Part shown: positions 5,712 through 15,224 of the stretch, piece by piece
Layout of the letters: each line of letters opens with the position of its first letter
How positions within the stretch are numbered: position 1 is the stretch's first letter
Assembly (NCBI GenBank): GCA_027593235.1
Contig: JAQCIU010000045.1
Span: 1-23,145, forward strand
Reading direction: 5' to 3'
From: Chloroflexota bacterium
Lineage (GTDB): Bacteria > Chloroflexota > Dehalococcoidia > UBA2979
Length of the DNA: 23,145 nucleotides
Made by a program: the position numbers and the translations under genes
Notes under the pieces: generated by a model
The model's database searches: none
What the model was told of the DNA's origin: nothing
Seen by the model: only the letters and a program-made list of their open reading frames with translations

Positions 5712-8006
5712 ATGACGACCGTCCAACGCCCGCTGACCGTGATTGGCACGCGCCCCATCCGGCCGGACGGCGTCGAGAAAGTCACCGGCCGCGCGATCTA
5801 CGGCGCCGATGTCCGGCTCGCCGGCATGCTCCACGGGCGCGTCAAGCGCAGCCCCCACGCGCACGCGATCATCAAGCGCATCGATACTTCGAAGGCGCTC
5901 GCGTTGCCCGGCGTCCACGCCGTGATCACCTACGAGGACTTCCCGGAACCGGCCGAGCCGGTGATGCAGACGATCCGCGGACCGATGCCGACCCAGTGGG
6001 ACATCGAACGGCTGATGGCGCGGCGCAAGGTGCTCTTCAAGGGCCACCCGGTCGCCGCGATCTGCGCGAACGATCCGCACATCGCCGAGGACGCGCTGCT
6101 GCTGATCGAGGTCGAGTACGCGGTCCTGCCGCCCGTCATCAGCATCGACGACGCGCTGGCGCCGGGCGCCCCGATCCTCCACGACGACGGTCTGTCTGAC
6201 CTCGTTGAGGGCCTGCTCGAGCCGATCGACGGCCGCCCGACGAACGTCGCCCGCACGATCGAGATGGGCTTCGGCGACATCGAGGCGGGCTTCGCCGCGG
6301 CCGAGGTGGTACTCGAACGCGTCTACGAGACCGGCATGGCGCACCAGGGCTACATCGAGACCCACAACGGCACCGCCGTCTGGAACCCCGACGGCAAGCT
6401 GACGATCTGGACCAGCACCCAGGGCGCCTTTGGGATCCGTCAGAACGTCGCGCGCATCCTCAACCTCCCGCTCGGCGACCTGCGGGTGATCCCGACCGAG
6501 ATCGGCGGTGGCTTCGGCGCCAAGAACGTCGTCTACCTGGAGCCGCTGGCCGCACTGCTCTCGAAGAAGAGCGGCCGGCCGGTGCAGATCACGATGAACC
6601 GCGCCGAGGTGCTGGAGGCGACCGGCCCCACCTCCGGCACGCGCTCCTTCGTCAAGATCGGCGCGATGCGCGACGGCACGCTCGTCGCCGCGGACATCCG
6701 CCTGGAGTACATGGCGGGCGCGTACCCCGGATCGCCGGTCCCCGGCGGCGCACGCTGCGCGGTCGGCCCCTATCTCGTCCCCAACCAGCGGATCATCGGG
6801 CTCGACATCGTGCTCAACCGCCCGAAGGTGGCGGCCTACCGCGCCCCGGGCGCGCCGGCCTCGGAGTTCGCCGTCGAGTCGATCCTCGATGAGCTGGCCG
6901 AGCTGCTGGACATGGATCCGATGGAGCTGCGCGACAAGAACGCGGTCACCGAAGGCGATCCGCGCAGCGACGGCGCGACGCACGGCTCGGTCGCCGCGCG
7001 CGAAGTGGTCGCGGCCGTGATCGCGCACCCCCACTACCGCGCCGAGATCACCAAGCCCGACGTCGGGCGCGGGGTCGCGATGGGCTTCTGGCAAAACGGC
7101 GGCGGCGAGTCCAGCGCCTACGCGAACGTGCACGAGGACGGCACGGTCACCCTCGTTACCGGGTCGGTCGACATCGGCGGTCAGCGCGCCGCGCTGGCGA
7201 TGCAGTTCGCGGAGACAATGGGCATCGCCTACGAGGACGTGAACTCGCTCGTCGGCGACACCGAGACGATCGGCTTCACCGGCAACACCGGCGGCAGCCG
7301 CACCACCTTCGCCACCGGCTGGGCGGCGTACCAGTCCGCCCTCGACATCCGCGAGCAGCTCGAGCGTCGCGTCGCGAAGCTCTGGGACGTCTCGCCGGAC
7401 GCGGTCTCGTACGACCCGACCGATGCGTCGCTGCACGGCCCCGACGGCAAGGTGATGACGTTCAAGGAAGCGGCGAAGCGACTGCCCGGCAGCGGCGGCA
7501 ACATCCAGGGCCGCGCCGACGTCGTCTCGACCAGCGTCGGCAAGGTCGGCGCCTGCTTCGGCGCCCACATCGCGGACGTCGAGGTGGACCGCGAGACTGG
7601 CAAGGTGACCGTCCTCCGCTACACCGCGATCCAGGACGTCGGCCGCGCGATTCATCCCGCTTATGTCGAGGGACAGATCCAGGGCGGCGCTGTCCAGGGC
7701 ATCGGCATGGCGCTGAACGAGGACTACCTCTACCGCGCGGACGGATCGATGGCGAACGCCTCGTTCCTCGACTATCGGATGCCGGTCACGAACGATGTCC
7801 CGATGATCGACACCGTGCTCGTCGAGGTGCCGAACCCCGGTCACCCGTACGGCGTGCGCGGGGTTGGCGAGGTGCCGATCGTGCCGCCGCTGGCGGCGAT
7901 CGCGAACGCGATCCATGACGCCGTCGGCGTCCGCATCACGAAGCTGCCCGCCACGCCCGCCGTGATCCGCGCAGCGCTCGAGGAGCTGGAAGCCGGCCGG
8001 TCGTAG
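5712..8006 (+). CDS. Xanthine dehydrogenase/aldehyde oxidase family molybdopterin-binding (large) subunit
   Basis: Motifs KVTGRAIYGAD, RSPHAHAII, HQGYIETH, GGGFGAK, AYRAPG, GGSRTT, EGQIQGGAVQGIG and RGVGE (catalytic Glu). Confidence 0.95.
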   Translation: MTTVQRPLTVIGTRPIRPDGVEKVTGRAIYGADVRLAGMLHGRVKRSPHAHAIIKRIDTSKALALPGVHAVITYEDFPEPAEPVMQTIRGPMPTQWDIERLMARRKVLFKGHPVAAICANDPHIAEDALLLIEVEYAVLPPVISIDDALAPGAPILHDDGLSDLVEGLLEPIDGRPTNVARTIEMGFGDIEAGFAAAEVVLERVYETGMAHQGYIETHNGTAVWNPDGKLTIWTSTQGAFGIRQNVARILNLPLGDLRVIPTEIGGGFGAKNVVYLEPLAALLSKKSGRPVQITMNRAEVLEATGPTSGTRSFVKIGAMRDGTLVAADIRLEYMAGAYPGSPVPGGARCAVGPYLVPNQRIIGLDIVLNRPKVAAYRAPGAPASEFAVESILDELAELLDMDPMELRDKNAVTEGDPRSDGATHGSVAAREVVAAVIAHPHYRAEITKPDVGRGVAMGFWQNGGGESSAYANVHEDGTVTLVTGSVDIGGQRAALAMQFAETMGIAYEDVNSLVGDTETIGFTGNTGGSRTTFATGWAAYQSALDIREQLERRVAKLWDVSPDAVSYDPTDASLHGPDGKVMTFKEAAKRLPGSGGNIQGRADVVSTSVGKVGACFGAHIADVEVDRETGKVTVLRYTAIQDVGRAIHPAYVEGQIQGGAVQGIGMALNEDYLYRADGSMANASFLDYRMPVTNDVPMIDTVLVEVPNPGHPYGVRGVGEVPIVPPLAAIANAIHDAVGVRITKLPATPAVIRAALEELEAGRS

Positions 8007-8028
8007 CGACCGGCCGCGGCGGCGCACG

Positions 8029-8304
8029 ATGGCGGTCCTCCACGTCCCCGCCCCGCTGCGGTCGCTTTGCGGTGGCCGCGATCGGATCGAGGCCGCCGGC
8101 GAGACGCTGCGCGCGGTCTTCACGGCGGTCGGTCGCGAGTACCCGGAGCTGAACGCGCGGATCCTCGATGCGCACGGGCTGCGGCCGGAGATGGCCGTCG
8201 CGATCGACGGATCGATCCTCGACCAGAGCGGACTGCTCGAGGCCGTCACATCCGACACCGAGATCTATCTCGTGCCGCCGATCGGCGGCGGGTCGGCGGA
8301 CTGA
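8029..8304 (+). CDS. MoaD/ThiS-family ubiquitin-like protein
   Basis: 91 aa with a beta-grasp pattern (VPAPLRSLCGG, GETLRAV, YPEL, AVAIDG), ending IYLVPPIGGGSAD. Confidence 0.85.
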   Translation: MAVLHVPAPLRSLCGGRDRIEAAGETLRAVFTAVGREYPELNARILDAHGLRPEMAVAIDGSILDQSGLLEAVTSDTEIYLVPPIGGGSAD

Positions 8305-8356
8305 GCGCCGCCCTCCCCCAGCTGTACCCGGCCCTACTCCCACTCCGCCCCGGCCT

Positions 8357-8365
8357 TGCTACCAT
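8357..8365 (+). promoter_or_regulatory. Putative extended -10 (TGcTACCAT) for the fused CoA-transferase
   Basis: TGn-TAnnnT located upstream of RBS GAGGAG (8396-8401) and ATG 8409. Confidence 0.5.
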
Positions 8366-8408
8366 CCCCTCGCGCTCAACACGGACGCGATGACCGAGGA
8401 GAACCCGG

Positions 8409-10874
8409 ATGCTCGAGGGCGTGCGCGTGATCGACCTGAGCGCCGATATCGGCGGCGCGTTCGCCGCCCGATTGCTGGCTGTCTACGGCGCCGACGTGAT
8501 CCTCGTTGAGCCGCCCGCGGGCCATGCGATCCGCCACCGCGCGCCGCACCTCGCCCGCGCGGAGCGCGATCAGGAACAACACCAGCACGCCGACGATCCG
8601 GACGCGAGCATCCTCGCCGCCTACTACCACGCCGGGAAGCGCTCGATCGTGCTTGACCTCGACAGCGCCGAGGACCGCGCGACGCTGGAGACGCTGATCG
8701 CCGGCGCCGACGCGGTGATCGACTCGCACGCACCCGGTGAGCTGTTGGCGCGGGGGATCGACCTCGTCGCGTTGAGCGAACGTTTTCCGGCGCTCGTCGT
8801 CACACAGATCACGCCGTACGGACAGACCGGGCCGCGTGCCGGCTGGCGCGCGACCGCGCTGACCGCGGCCGCCGCCGGCGGCGAGATGGCACTCTGCGGC
8901 GACCCGGAGCGCGAGCCGCTGAAGACCGCCGGGCATCAGGCCTACCTGCAGGGCGGCCTGAGCGGCTTCTCCGCGACCGCGACCGCGCTCTACGCCGCCG
9001 CGCGCAGCGGCGTCGGCGACCGGATCGACCTCTCGATCCAGGAGGTGCAGAACTCGATGCTCGAGGGCGCCGGGCCGGCCGCGCTGACGCGCGGCACCGA
9101 CGCGACCCGCGGCGGCAACGTCGGGCGGGCGACCTGGGGCATTCACCCCTCGAAGGACGGCTACATCGGCGTCGCCGGGATGCCGCGCCAGGGTCCCTCG
9201 GTCTACGCAGCGATCGGACATCCCGAGTTCAAGGACGACCCGCTCTTCGGCGTCTCCTGGTCGCCCGAGGCGGACGCGGTGCTGCAGGTGCTCGTCCCGG
9301 AGTGGACGATGCAACACACCTCGAAGGAGATTTTCGAGCTGGCGGACCAGCACCGCGCTCCGTTCGCGATGATCCCGACCCCGCGTGAGCTACTTGAATG
9401 GCCGGGCCTCGTGGAGACCGGCTTCTGGCACGAGGTCGCGCACCCGGTGCTCGGCACGCACCCGCTGCCGTCCGGGCCGATCGCGTTCGACGGCGACCGC
9501 GGCACGCAGCAGCGGGCGCCGCTGCTCGGCGAGCACAGCGACGCGGTGCGCGCGGAACTGCCGGAGGCGTCGCCCGTCCCGGCCTCGGTGGCAACAGGCG
9601 CCATCGAGGCCCCGCTGGCCGGCCTGCGGGTGATCGATGTGACGCAGGTCTGGGCCGGGCCGTACGCCTGCCGCTTCCTCGGCGATCAGGGCGCCGACAC
9701 GATCAAGATCGAGGGCCCGGCGTTTCCGGACTCGGTGCGCGGCCTCGGTGGCGACTTCGATCCGGACGTGATCAACCGCAGCTCGTACTTCAACGAGTAC
9801 AACCGCAACAAGCGGGGGCTGGTGATCAACATCCAACAGCGCGAGGGCGCCGACGCGATCCGGCGGCTTGTCGCGAACGCCGACATCTTCGTCGAGAACT
9901 GGAGCTCCGGCGTCGCCGACCGGCTCGGCCTCGGCTACGCGGACCTGCGGGCGATCAACCCGCGCCTGATCTACGTCTCGATGCCGGGCTTCGGCCACGA
10001 GGGGTCGGACGCGCACCGGATTGGCTACGGCCCGACGATCGAGCAGATGGGCGGCCTCGTCGCGCTGCAGGGCTACGAGGGCGGCCCGCCGCACAAGAGC
10101 GGTATCTCCTACGGCGACCCGATCTCCGGCACCACCACCGCCGGCGCTGTCGGCATCGCGCTCCACCGCCGCGAGCGCAGCGGCGAGGGATGCTACATCG
10201 TGGTCCCCCAGCGCGACGGCATCGCCGGCCTGATCGGCGAGTACGTTATCGCCGAGGCGATCGGCCAGCCGATACCGATCCGGATCGGCAACCGCGACCT
10301 CGAGTACGCACCGCACAACGTCTACCGCACGCGCGACACCGAGCCGCGCCCGCGCCTCGGCCTCCAGGAGGAGCTGCTGGGCGAAGAGACCGACACCTGG
10401 CTCGCGATCGCCGTCGACAGCGACGAGGCGTGGCAGAGCCTCCGCGGCGTGATCGGCGACGCGCGCCTCGATGCTGCGGCCTACACGCAGGTCGAGGGCC
10501 GGCGCGCCGCGCAGCCGGCGATCGACGCCGTGATCGCGGAATGGGCGCGCGACCTCGAACCGGACGAAGCGGCGACCAGGCTGCAAGCCGCCGGCGTCGC
10601 CGCGTCGCCGGTCTATACGCCGCTCGGCCTGTCGACGGACGCCCACCTCGAGGCGCGTAGCGCCTTCACCACGTACGACCACGCGGTCACCGGCGTGCAG
10701 CGCACCACGCTGCCGGTCTGGCGGATGGCCCGTCGCCCCGTCACCCGCGTCGGGCCCGCGCCCGCCTTCGGCCAGCACAACACCGAGGTGCTCACCGAGC
10801 TGGCGGGCTACTCGCCGGAGGAGGTGGAGGCGATGGCCGCCTCGGGGCTGACGGCGACGACGCCGGTCGCCTAG
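8409..10874 (+). CDS. Two-domain fused family III (CaiB/BaiF) CoA-transferase
   Basis: Two CaiB repeats: LEGVRVIDLS...GADVILVEPP...GKRSIVLDL and LAGLRVIDVTQVWAGP...NRNKRG. The catalytic-type Asp is present only in domain 2 (SYGDPISG). Confidence 0.93.
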   Translation: MLEGVRVIDLSADIGGAFAARLLAVYGADVILVEPPAGHAIRHRAPHLARAERDQEQHQHADDPDASILAAYYHAGKRSIVLDLDSAEDRATLETLIAGADAVIDSHAPGELLARGIDLVALSERFPALVVTQITPYGQTGPRAGWRATALTAAAAGGEMALCGDPEREPLKTAGHQAYLQGGLSGFSATATALYAAARSGVGDRIDLSIQEVQNSMLEGAGPAALTRGTDATRGGNVGRATWGIHPSKDGYIGVAGMPRQGPSVYAAIGHPEFKDDPLFGVSWSPEADAVLQVLVPEWTMQHTSKEIFELADQHRAPFAMIPTPRELLEWPGLVETGFWHEVAHPVLGTHPLPSGPIAFDGDRGTQQRAPLLGEHSDAVRAELPEASPVPASVATGAIEAPLAGLRVIDVTQVWAGPYACRFLGDQGADTIKIEGPAFPDSVRGLGGDFDPDVINRSSYFNEYNRNKRGLVINIQQREGADAIRRLVANADIFVENWSSGVADRLGLGYADLRAINPRLIYVSMPGFGHEGSDAHRIGYGPTIEQMGGLVALQGYEGGPPHKSGISYGDPISGTTTAGAVGIALHRRERSGEGCYIVVPQRDGIAGLIGEYVIAEAIGQPIPIRIGNRDLEYAPHNVYRTRDTEPRPRLGLQEELLGEETDTWLAIAVDSDEAWQSLRGVIGDARLDAAAYTQVEGRRAAQPAIDAVIAEWARDLEPDEAATRLQAAGVAASPVYTPLGLSTDAHLEARSAFTTYDHAVTGVQRTTLPVWRMARRPVTRVGPAPAFGQHNTEVLTELAGYSPEEVEAMAASGLTATTPVA

Positions 10875-11004
10875 CGCCCTCGAACGTGGCGGCGGGCGTC
10901 CTCGAAAGCGACGAGCGCGCCTCGTCAGTGGGCGAGTTGCTGCGCAGTGGCGTGGTTGGTTCGGAGGACGGAACTCACCGACGATCGTTCGGCGCCTCCA
11001 GCAC

Positions 11005-11343
11005 CTAGGGCACCTCGATGCGAAAGTCGCCCGGTTCGACGTCAGCCCAGGACACCTCAAAGACCGAGAGGAGACGGCCCGCCTGGTCGCGTACCTCCCA
11101 GCGGTGGGGCTCGACCTCCAGCCCGTCCATGAAAATCCCCTCGACGGCCTCCCCGGGTTCGAGGCGCCACTGTGCGAACCTATACGCGAAGACCACGACC
11201 GTTTGGTCGGAGCGATTCACGATGTCGTAGTACCCGGCTGGTCCACAGTCGGGCTGCAGGAACGCGACGACCAACACCACCGCTGCGACAGAACTCGTCC
11301 CGACCCTCATCGCACCCACGTTCAGACTGATGTGAGGTTCCAC
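11005..11343 (-). CDS. Small hypothetical exported/membrane-anchored protein (start GTG 11343 or ATG 11310)
   Basis: Hydrophobic N-terminal stretch VAAVVLVVAFL followed by a beta-rich domain. The composition does not look like a shadow ORF. It abuts the stop of the upstream ORF. Confidence 0.55.
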   Translation of the reverse strand: MEPHISLNVGAMRVGTSSVAAVVLVVAFLQPDCGPAGYYDIVNRSDQTVVVFAYRFAQWRLEPGEAVEGIFMDGLEVEPHRWEVRDQAGRLLSVFEVSWADVEPGDFRIEVP

Positions 11344-11667
11344 TCAGTCTAAGGAGACGGTGTCGGGATCGGTACGCCGGCGTACCTGGAGCCCGGGATC
11401 CAGATCCGCCTCCCAGAGCTGGTCCTCCGCGCGATGCGCGCGGTATGACGAGGGAGTCCAGGGCGAGTAGGCGGCGCGCTCGTCCTGGGCGACCTGGTCG
11501 TCGAAGTAGGGGTCGCCGTCATAGGAGCCGGGGGCGACGCCGGGCGTCGCGCGCGGCGCCGAGCCCGCGATACCGGGCGCGACGCCCTGCGTGTTCTGGC
11601 CAAACAGGCGGCGCAGGCGCTCGGCGCGGGTTTCGGGGTGGGGGGTGAACTCGTCGGGCAGCGGCAT
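11344..11667 (-). CDS. Hypothetical Pro/Gly/Asp-rich protein
   Basis: Strong RBS GAGGAG 7 nt before ATG. GVAPG occurs twice. No recognisable family. Confidence 0.5.
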   Translation of the reverse strand: MPLPDEFTPHPETRAERLRRLFGQNTQGVAPGIAGSAPRATPGVAPGSYDGDPYFDDQVAQDERAAYSPWTPSSYRAHRAEDQLWEADLDPGLQVRRRTDPDTVSLD

Positions 11668-11757
11668 CGGCGTACTCCTCGCTTCTCTCGAAGCTGGAGC
11701 GGGTCCGATCGCTAATCAAACACCTCGGCGCAGGGCACTCACGAGAAGGGCGGACGG

Positions 11758-12609
11758 CTACTCGCCGCCGCCCGACTGGGCGTCGCGTGCCGCGCGGTGC
11801 AACTCGTAGTTGTCGACGGCGCGCTGGACCATCGGGCGGCGGCGGCCCGCGGGCTTATCGAGGGCGAAGCCGGGGTCTTTCTCGCCCTGCTGGCTCAGCA
11901 GGTAGTGGGCGTGCGCGCCGCGGATGTGCTGGCTGAAGCCCTGCGATTCCTGCGCGTCGTTGACCATCTGCTTCATCATCCGGAGCTGGAACGAGTCGTT
12001 CTCGGCGACGCGGCGGGCGTAGGCCATCGTCTCCGCCTCGAGCTGGTCGGCGGGGTAAGCACGGTTCGCGAAGCCCAACTCGACTGCCTCCGCGCCATCG
12101 ATGAAGCGGCTCTCGAAGAAGATCTCCTTCACCTTGCGCGGGTGAAGGTCCCAGGGCGGCGAGAAGTACTGGAAGTTCGTGCCGAGGAACATCGCATCGT
12201 CCGCGGCGAAGATCAGATCCATCGCCGAGGCGATCATCCAGCCGCCGAAGATGCAGTAGCCGTGGACCATCGCGATCGTCGGCTTCGGCAGATTGCGCCA
12301 GCGCAGCGTGTTCTCGACGTTCATCGAGGTGGACCGCTCGAAGAGCCCGCGCAGGCCCTCCTCATACGGGCGCTCTTCCTGGTCGGCCTTCTCCTCGGGG
12401 GTGCCGAGGTCGTGGCCGGCGGAGAAGGATTCGCCGAGCCCGGAGAGGACGATCACGCGTACGTCGCGGTCCTCGACGGCGCGGGCGAAGGCGTCGTCCA
12501 TCTCCTCGCGGAGCTGGCGGCTCTGGGCGTTGCGGTACTTCGGTCGGTCGAGCTTGACGCGCGCGACGCGGCCGTCGACCTCGTACTGGATCTGTTCGTA
12601 GTCGGTCAT
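11758..12609 (-). CDS. Crotonase-superfamily (enoyl-CoA hydratase-like) protein, atypical active site
   Basis: True start ATG 12609 (MTDYEQIQY). Motifs LDRPKYRNA, FSAGHDL, PKPTIAMVHGYCIFGG and GAEAVELGFAN. Confidence 0.9.
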   Translation of the reverse strand: MTDYEQIQYEVDGRVARVKLDRPKYRNAQSRQLREEMDDAFARAVEDRDVRVIVLSGLGESFSAGHDLGTPEEKADQEERPYEEGLRGLFERSTSMNVENTLRWRNLPKPTIAMVHGYCIFGGWMIASAMDLIFAADDAMFLGTNFQYFSPPWDLHPRKVKEIFFESRFIDGAEAVELGFANRAYPADQLEAETMAYARRVAENDSFQLRMMKQMVNDAQESQGFSQHIRGAHAHYLLSQQGEKDPGFALDKPAGRRRPMVQRAVDNYELHRAARDAQSGGGE

Positions 12610-12653
12610 CGTGCCGCCTTCGCTGTGTGCTGGCTCTCGCCGGGACCGATCCG

Positions 12654-13916
12654 CTACTGCGGCGGCCCCTCGCCGGTGATGTTCTTCGCCAACAGTTCTT
12701 CGTACTGCTCGTCGCTCATGCCGAGGAACTCGCGGAAGACCTCGAGCGAGTGCTGGCCCTGCAACGGTGCCGGGCGCTCCACCTTCGTCACGGCCTTGGA
12801 GAAGTGGAACGGCGCGCCGACCTGCGGCCAGCGACCGGCCTCGGGGTGATCGAGCTCGATCACGACGCCGCGCGCGCGCAGCACCGGGTCCGCCGACACC
12901 TCGAGTGAGTCGAGGACCGGCGCGGCGATCACGCCGGCAGCGGAGAGGCGGTCTGCGAGGGCGTCGCGATCCTCGGAGGCGGCCCATTCGGCGATCGCGC
13001 GGTCGAGGTCGTCCTCGTGCTGCTTCCGCGCGGCGTTGTCCGCGAAGCGGGCGTCGGTGTCCCAGCCGCGGTCGGCGACGGCGCAGAGCGCGGCCCACTG
13101 CGCCTCGGTCTCGGCGGCGAGCGCGACCCAGCGGCGGGTGCCCTCGGCGGTCGGTTGGACCGCGTAGATGCCGTGCGGCGCGAAGGTGAGGTGGCGGTTG
13201 CCGAGGCGCGGACGCTGCTCGCCGGTCAGCGTGTACTGGAGCGCGCTGTCGCCGATGTTCGCGAGGTTGGCCTCCTGCATCGAGAGGTCGACGTACTGGC
13301 CCTCGCCGGTGCGGTCGCGCTGGTGGAGCGCCGTGACGATCGCGGCGAAGCCGTAGAGCCCGGCGACGGCGTCGGGGTACATCTGCCCGGAGTTCATCGG
13401 CGGCCCGTCCGGGTAGCCGAGCAGCGCCGACATCCCCGAGGTGGGCTCGATCGTCCCGCCGATGCCGGGGATGTTCGCCCACGGGCCGTCGTGGCCGTAG
13501 GCGGAGAGGCTGGCCACGATGACGTCCGGCTTGATCGCCTTCAGCTCCTCGTAGGAGAGCCCGAGGTTGCCCACCACGCGCGGTGAGAAGTTCTCCGCGA
13601 CGATGTCGGCGAACGGCACCAGCGCGCGATAGATCGCCAGCCCCTCGGGGGTCGAGAGGTCGACGGTGAACGACCGCTTGCCGAGGTTCACCGAGTTGAA
13701 GAGTCCGTTGACGTTCCACGGATGCTCAGCCGTTGGCACCTGGGCCACGGCGTCGGCCATCGGCGTGGCGTAGGTACCGCGCCAGGAGTCGGGGCGCTTG
13801 CGCACCTCGAGCTGGATGATGTCCGCGCCGGCCATCGCGAGCAGCTCCGTGCAGTAGGTCCCCGCCCACGCCTGCGTGAGCACGATGCCGCGGACGCCGG
13901 CCAGCGGCCCGCTCAT
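12654..13916 (-). CDS. Family III CoA-transferase subunit with catalytic-type Asp
   Basis: Start ATG 13916 overlaps the upstream stop (ATGA). Motifs PLAGVRGIVLTQAWAG, NLGKRS, ENFSP and MYPDAVAG. Confidence 0.92.
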   Translation of the reverse strand: MSGPLAGVRGIVLTQAWAGTYCTELLAMAGADIIQLEVRKRPDSWRGTYATPMADAVAQVPTAEHPWNVNGLFNSVNLGKRSFTVDLSTPEGLAIYRALVPFADIVAENFSPRVVGNLGLSYEELKAIKPDVIVASLSAYGHDGPWANIPGIGGTIEPTSGMSALLGYPDGPPMNSGQMYPDAVAGLYGFAAIVTALHQRDRTGEGQYVDLSMQEANLANIGDSALQYTLTGEQRPRLGNRHLTFAPHGIYAVQPTAEGTRRWVALAAETEAQWAALCAVADRGWDTDARFADNAARKQHEDDLDRAIAEWAASEDRDALADRLSAAGVIAAPVLDSLEVSADPVLRARGVVIELDHPEAGRWPQVGAPFHFSKAVTKVERPAPLQGQHSLEVFREFLGMSDEQYEELLAKNITGEGPPQ

Positions 13917-15208
13917 CGCATCGCTCCCGGCGCTCGCTGCATTGACGGTGCTCCGGGGGTGACGGGCGTCGCCTCGGCGACCAACACGCCCGCCGCGAGG
14001 AGCGTTTGCACGCGCTCCTCCTCGACGTCGTACTCGCCGAGGAGCGCCAGCGTATGCTCGCCCGGACGCGGGGCGCGGGTGCGCAGGCGCCACGGGGTGG
14101 CGGAGAGCTTCACCGGCGCGCCGGTGTGTTCAGGGCCCTCGGGATCGTCGTCCGCGCGCACCCAGAAGCCGCGCGCGCGCAGGTGCTCGTTGTCGGTCAG
14201 CTCGTTCATCGCGAAGACCGGACCAGCGACCACGCGCCGCACGCCCAGTTCGTCGAAGAGGTCGCGCCGGCTCCAGCCCGCCATCGCCGTGTGTACGCGA
14301 TCGACCCACAGCTCGCGGTGCTCGTTGCGGTACCAGCCCTCCTGGAGCTGCTCGTCATCGGCAAGGTCATCGAGGCCGAGCACGCTCATCGCATCTCGAT
14401 AGAAGTGTGCGCGGCTGAGCGTCAACGCGAAGAAGCCGTCCGCGACCGGGACCGGGCCGCCAGTGACGTCCATCGTCTCTTTGCGTGCGCCGACCTCGCC
14501 CGCGTATTGCGCGCGCAGGAGCGCCGGCGCGAAGGTCGACGCCATCACCTCGAACTCGCTGATATCGAGGTGCTGGCCGTCGCCGGGACTCGGTCGCTCG
14601 GGGCCCCCGGAATCGGCGGTGACCGCTCGATGGTGCAGCGCGGCGACCGCCGCGGCGTAGGCCAGCACGCCCGTGCAGTAGGAGCCCTGGTACTGGGTCG
14701 CCTGCAGCGGCGGCTGCGCAGCGAAGCCGTTGATCGAGGCCCAGCCCGACCGCGCCGAGCTGGTGAGGTCGTTCCCGGGCAGCGCCGCATACGCGCCGTC
14801 CTGCCCGTGCGCCGTCACCGAGACGACCACGAGGCCCGGGCGGATCGCCTCGAGCGTCTCGGCATCGAGGCCCCAGCCCGCCAGCACGCCGGGCGCGAAG
14901 CTCTCGATTAGCACGTCGGCGTGTGTCACGAGGTCGCGCAACAGTTCGCGACCGGACTCCGCCTCGAGATCGAGCACGAGCGATCGCTTGTTCGCCAGCA
15001 GATGCTCCGCGGGGATGCCGCGCCCGTCCTCGGTAGCCGGGGCGTGCGCGCGCAGCGGGTGGCCGCCGAGCGGCTCGACCAGCGCAACGTCCGCGCCGAA
15101 GTCGGCGAAGAGGCGGCTGCACCAGGCGGCAGCGACCGAGGTGCTGAGGTCCAGCACCTGCAGCCCGTGGAGCGCGCTCTCGGTTGGCTGATCCTGACCG
15201 GTGGTCAC
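13913..15208 (-). CDS. Family III CoA-transferase subunit lacking the catalytic Asp
   Basis: Motifs LHGLQVLDLS, FADFGADVALVEP and NKRSLVLDL. The Asp-equivalent segment reads QYQGSYCTG. Confidence 0.9.
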   Translation of the reverse strand: MTTGQDQPTESALHGLQVLDLSTSVAAAWCSRLFADFGADVALVEPLGGHPLRAHAPATEDGRGIPAEHLLANKRSLVLDLEAESGRELLRDLVTHADVLIESFAPGVLAGWGLDAETLEAIRPGLVVVSVTAHGQDGAYAALPGNDLTSSARSGWASINGFAAQPPLQATQYQGSYCTGVLAYAAAVAALHHRAVTADSGGPERPSPGDGQHLDISEFEVMASTFAPALLRAQYAGEVGARKETMDVTGGPVPVADGFFALTLSRAHFYRDAMSVLGLDDLADDEQLQEGWYRNEHRELWVDRVHTAMAGWSRRDLFDELGVRRVVAGPVFAMNELTDNEHLRARGFWVRADDDPEGPEHTGAPVKLSATPWRLRTRAPRPGEHTLALLGEYDVEEERVQTLLAAGVLVAEATPVTPGAPSMQRAPGAMR

Positions 15209-15224
15209 TGCTTCGACCGGCCGC

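Noticed and set aside
5712-8006. Aerobic CO dehydrogenase CoxL
   Set aside because: It lacks the AYxCSFR Cu-binding loop, and there are no coxM/coxS neighbours.
5502-8258. 918-aa minus-strand ORF, and similar long antisense ORFs (2203-3678, 3962-5596, 9390-11060, 16127-17437, 21219-22547)
   Set aside because: Shadow frames of well-supported genes. High GC3 removes antisense stops, and the products have no recognisable motifs.
11758-13719. 653-aa ORF suggesting a large N-terminal extension on the crotonase
   Set aside because: The extension is an Arg-rich alternate frame overlapping the CoA-transferase. The real domain starts at ATG 12609.
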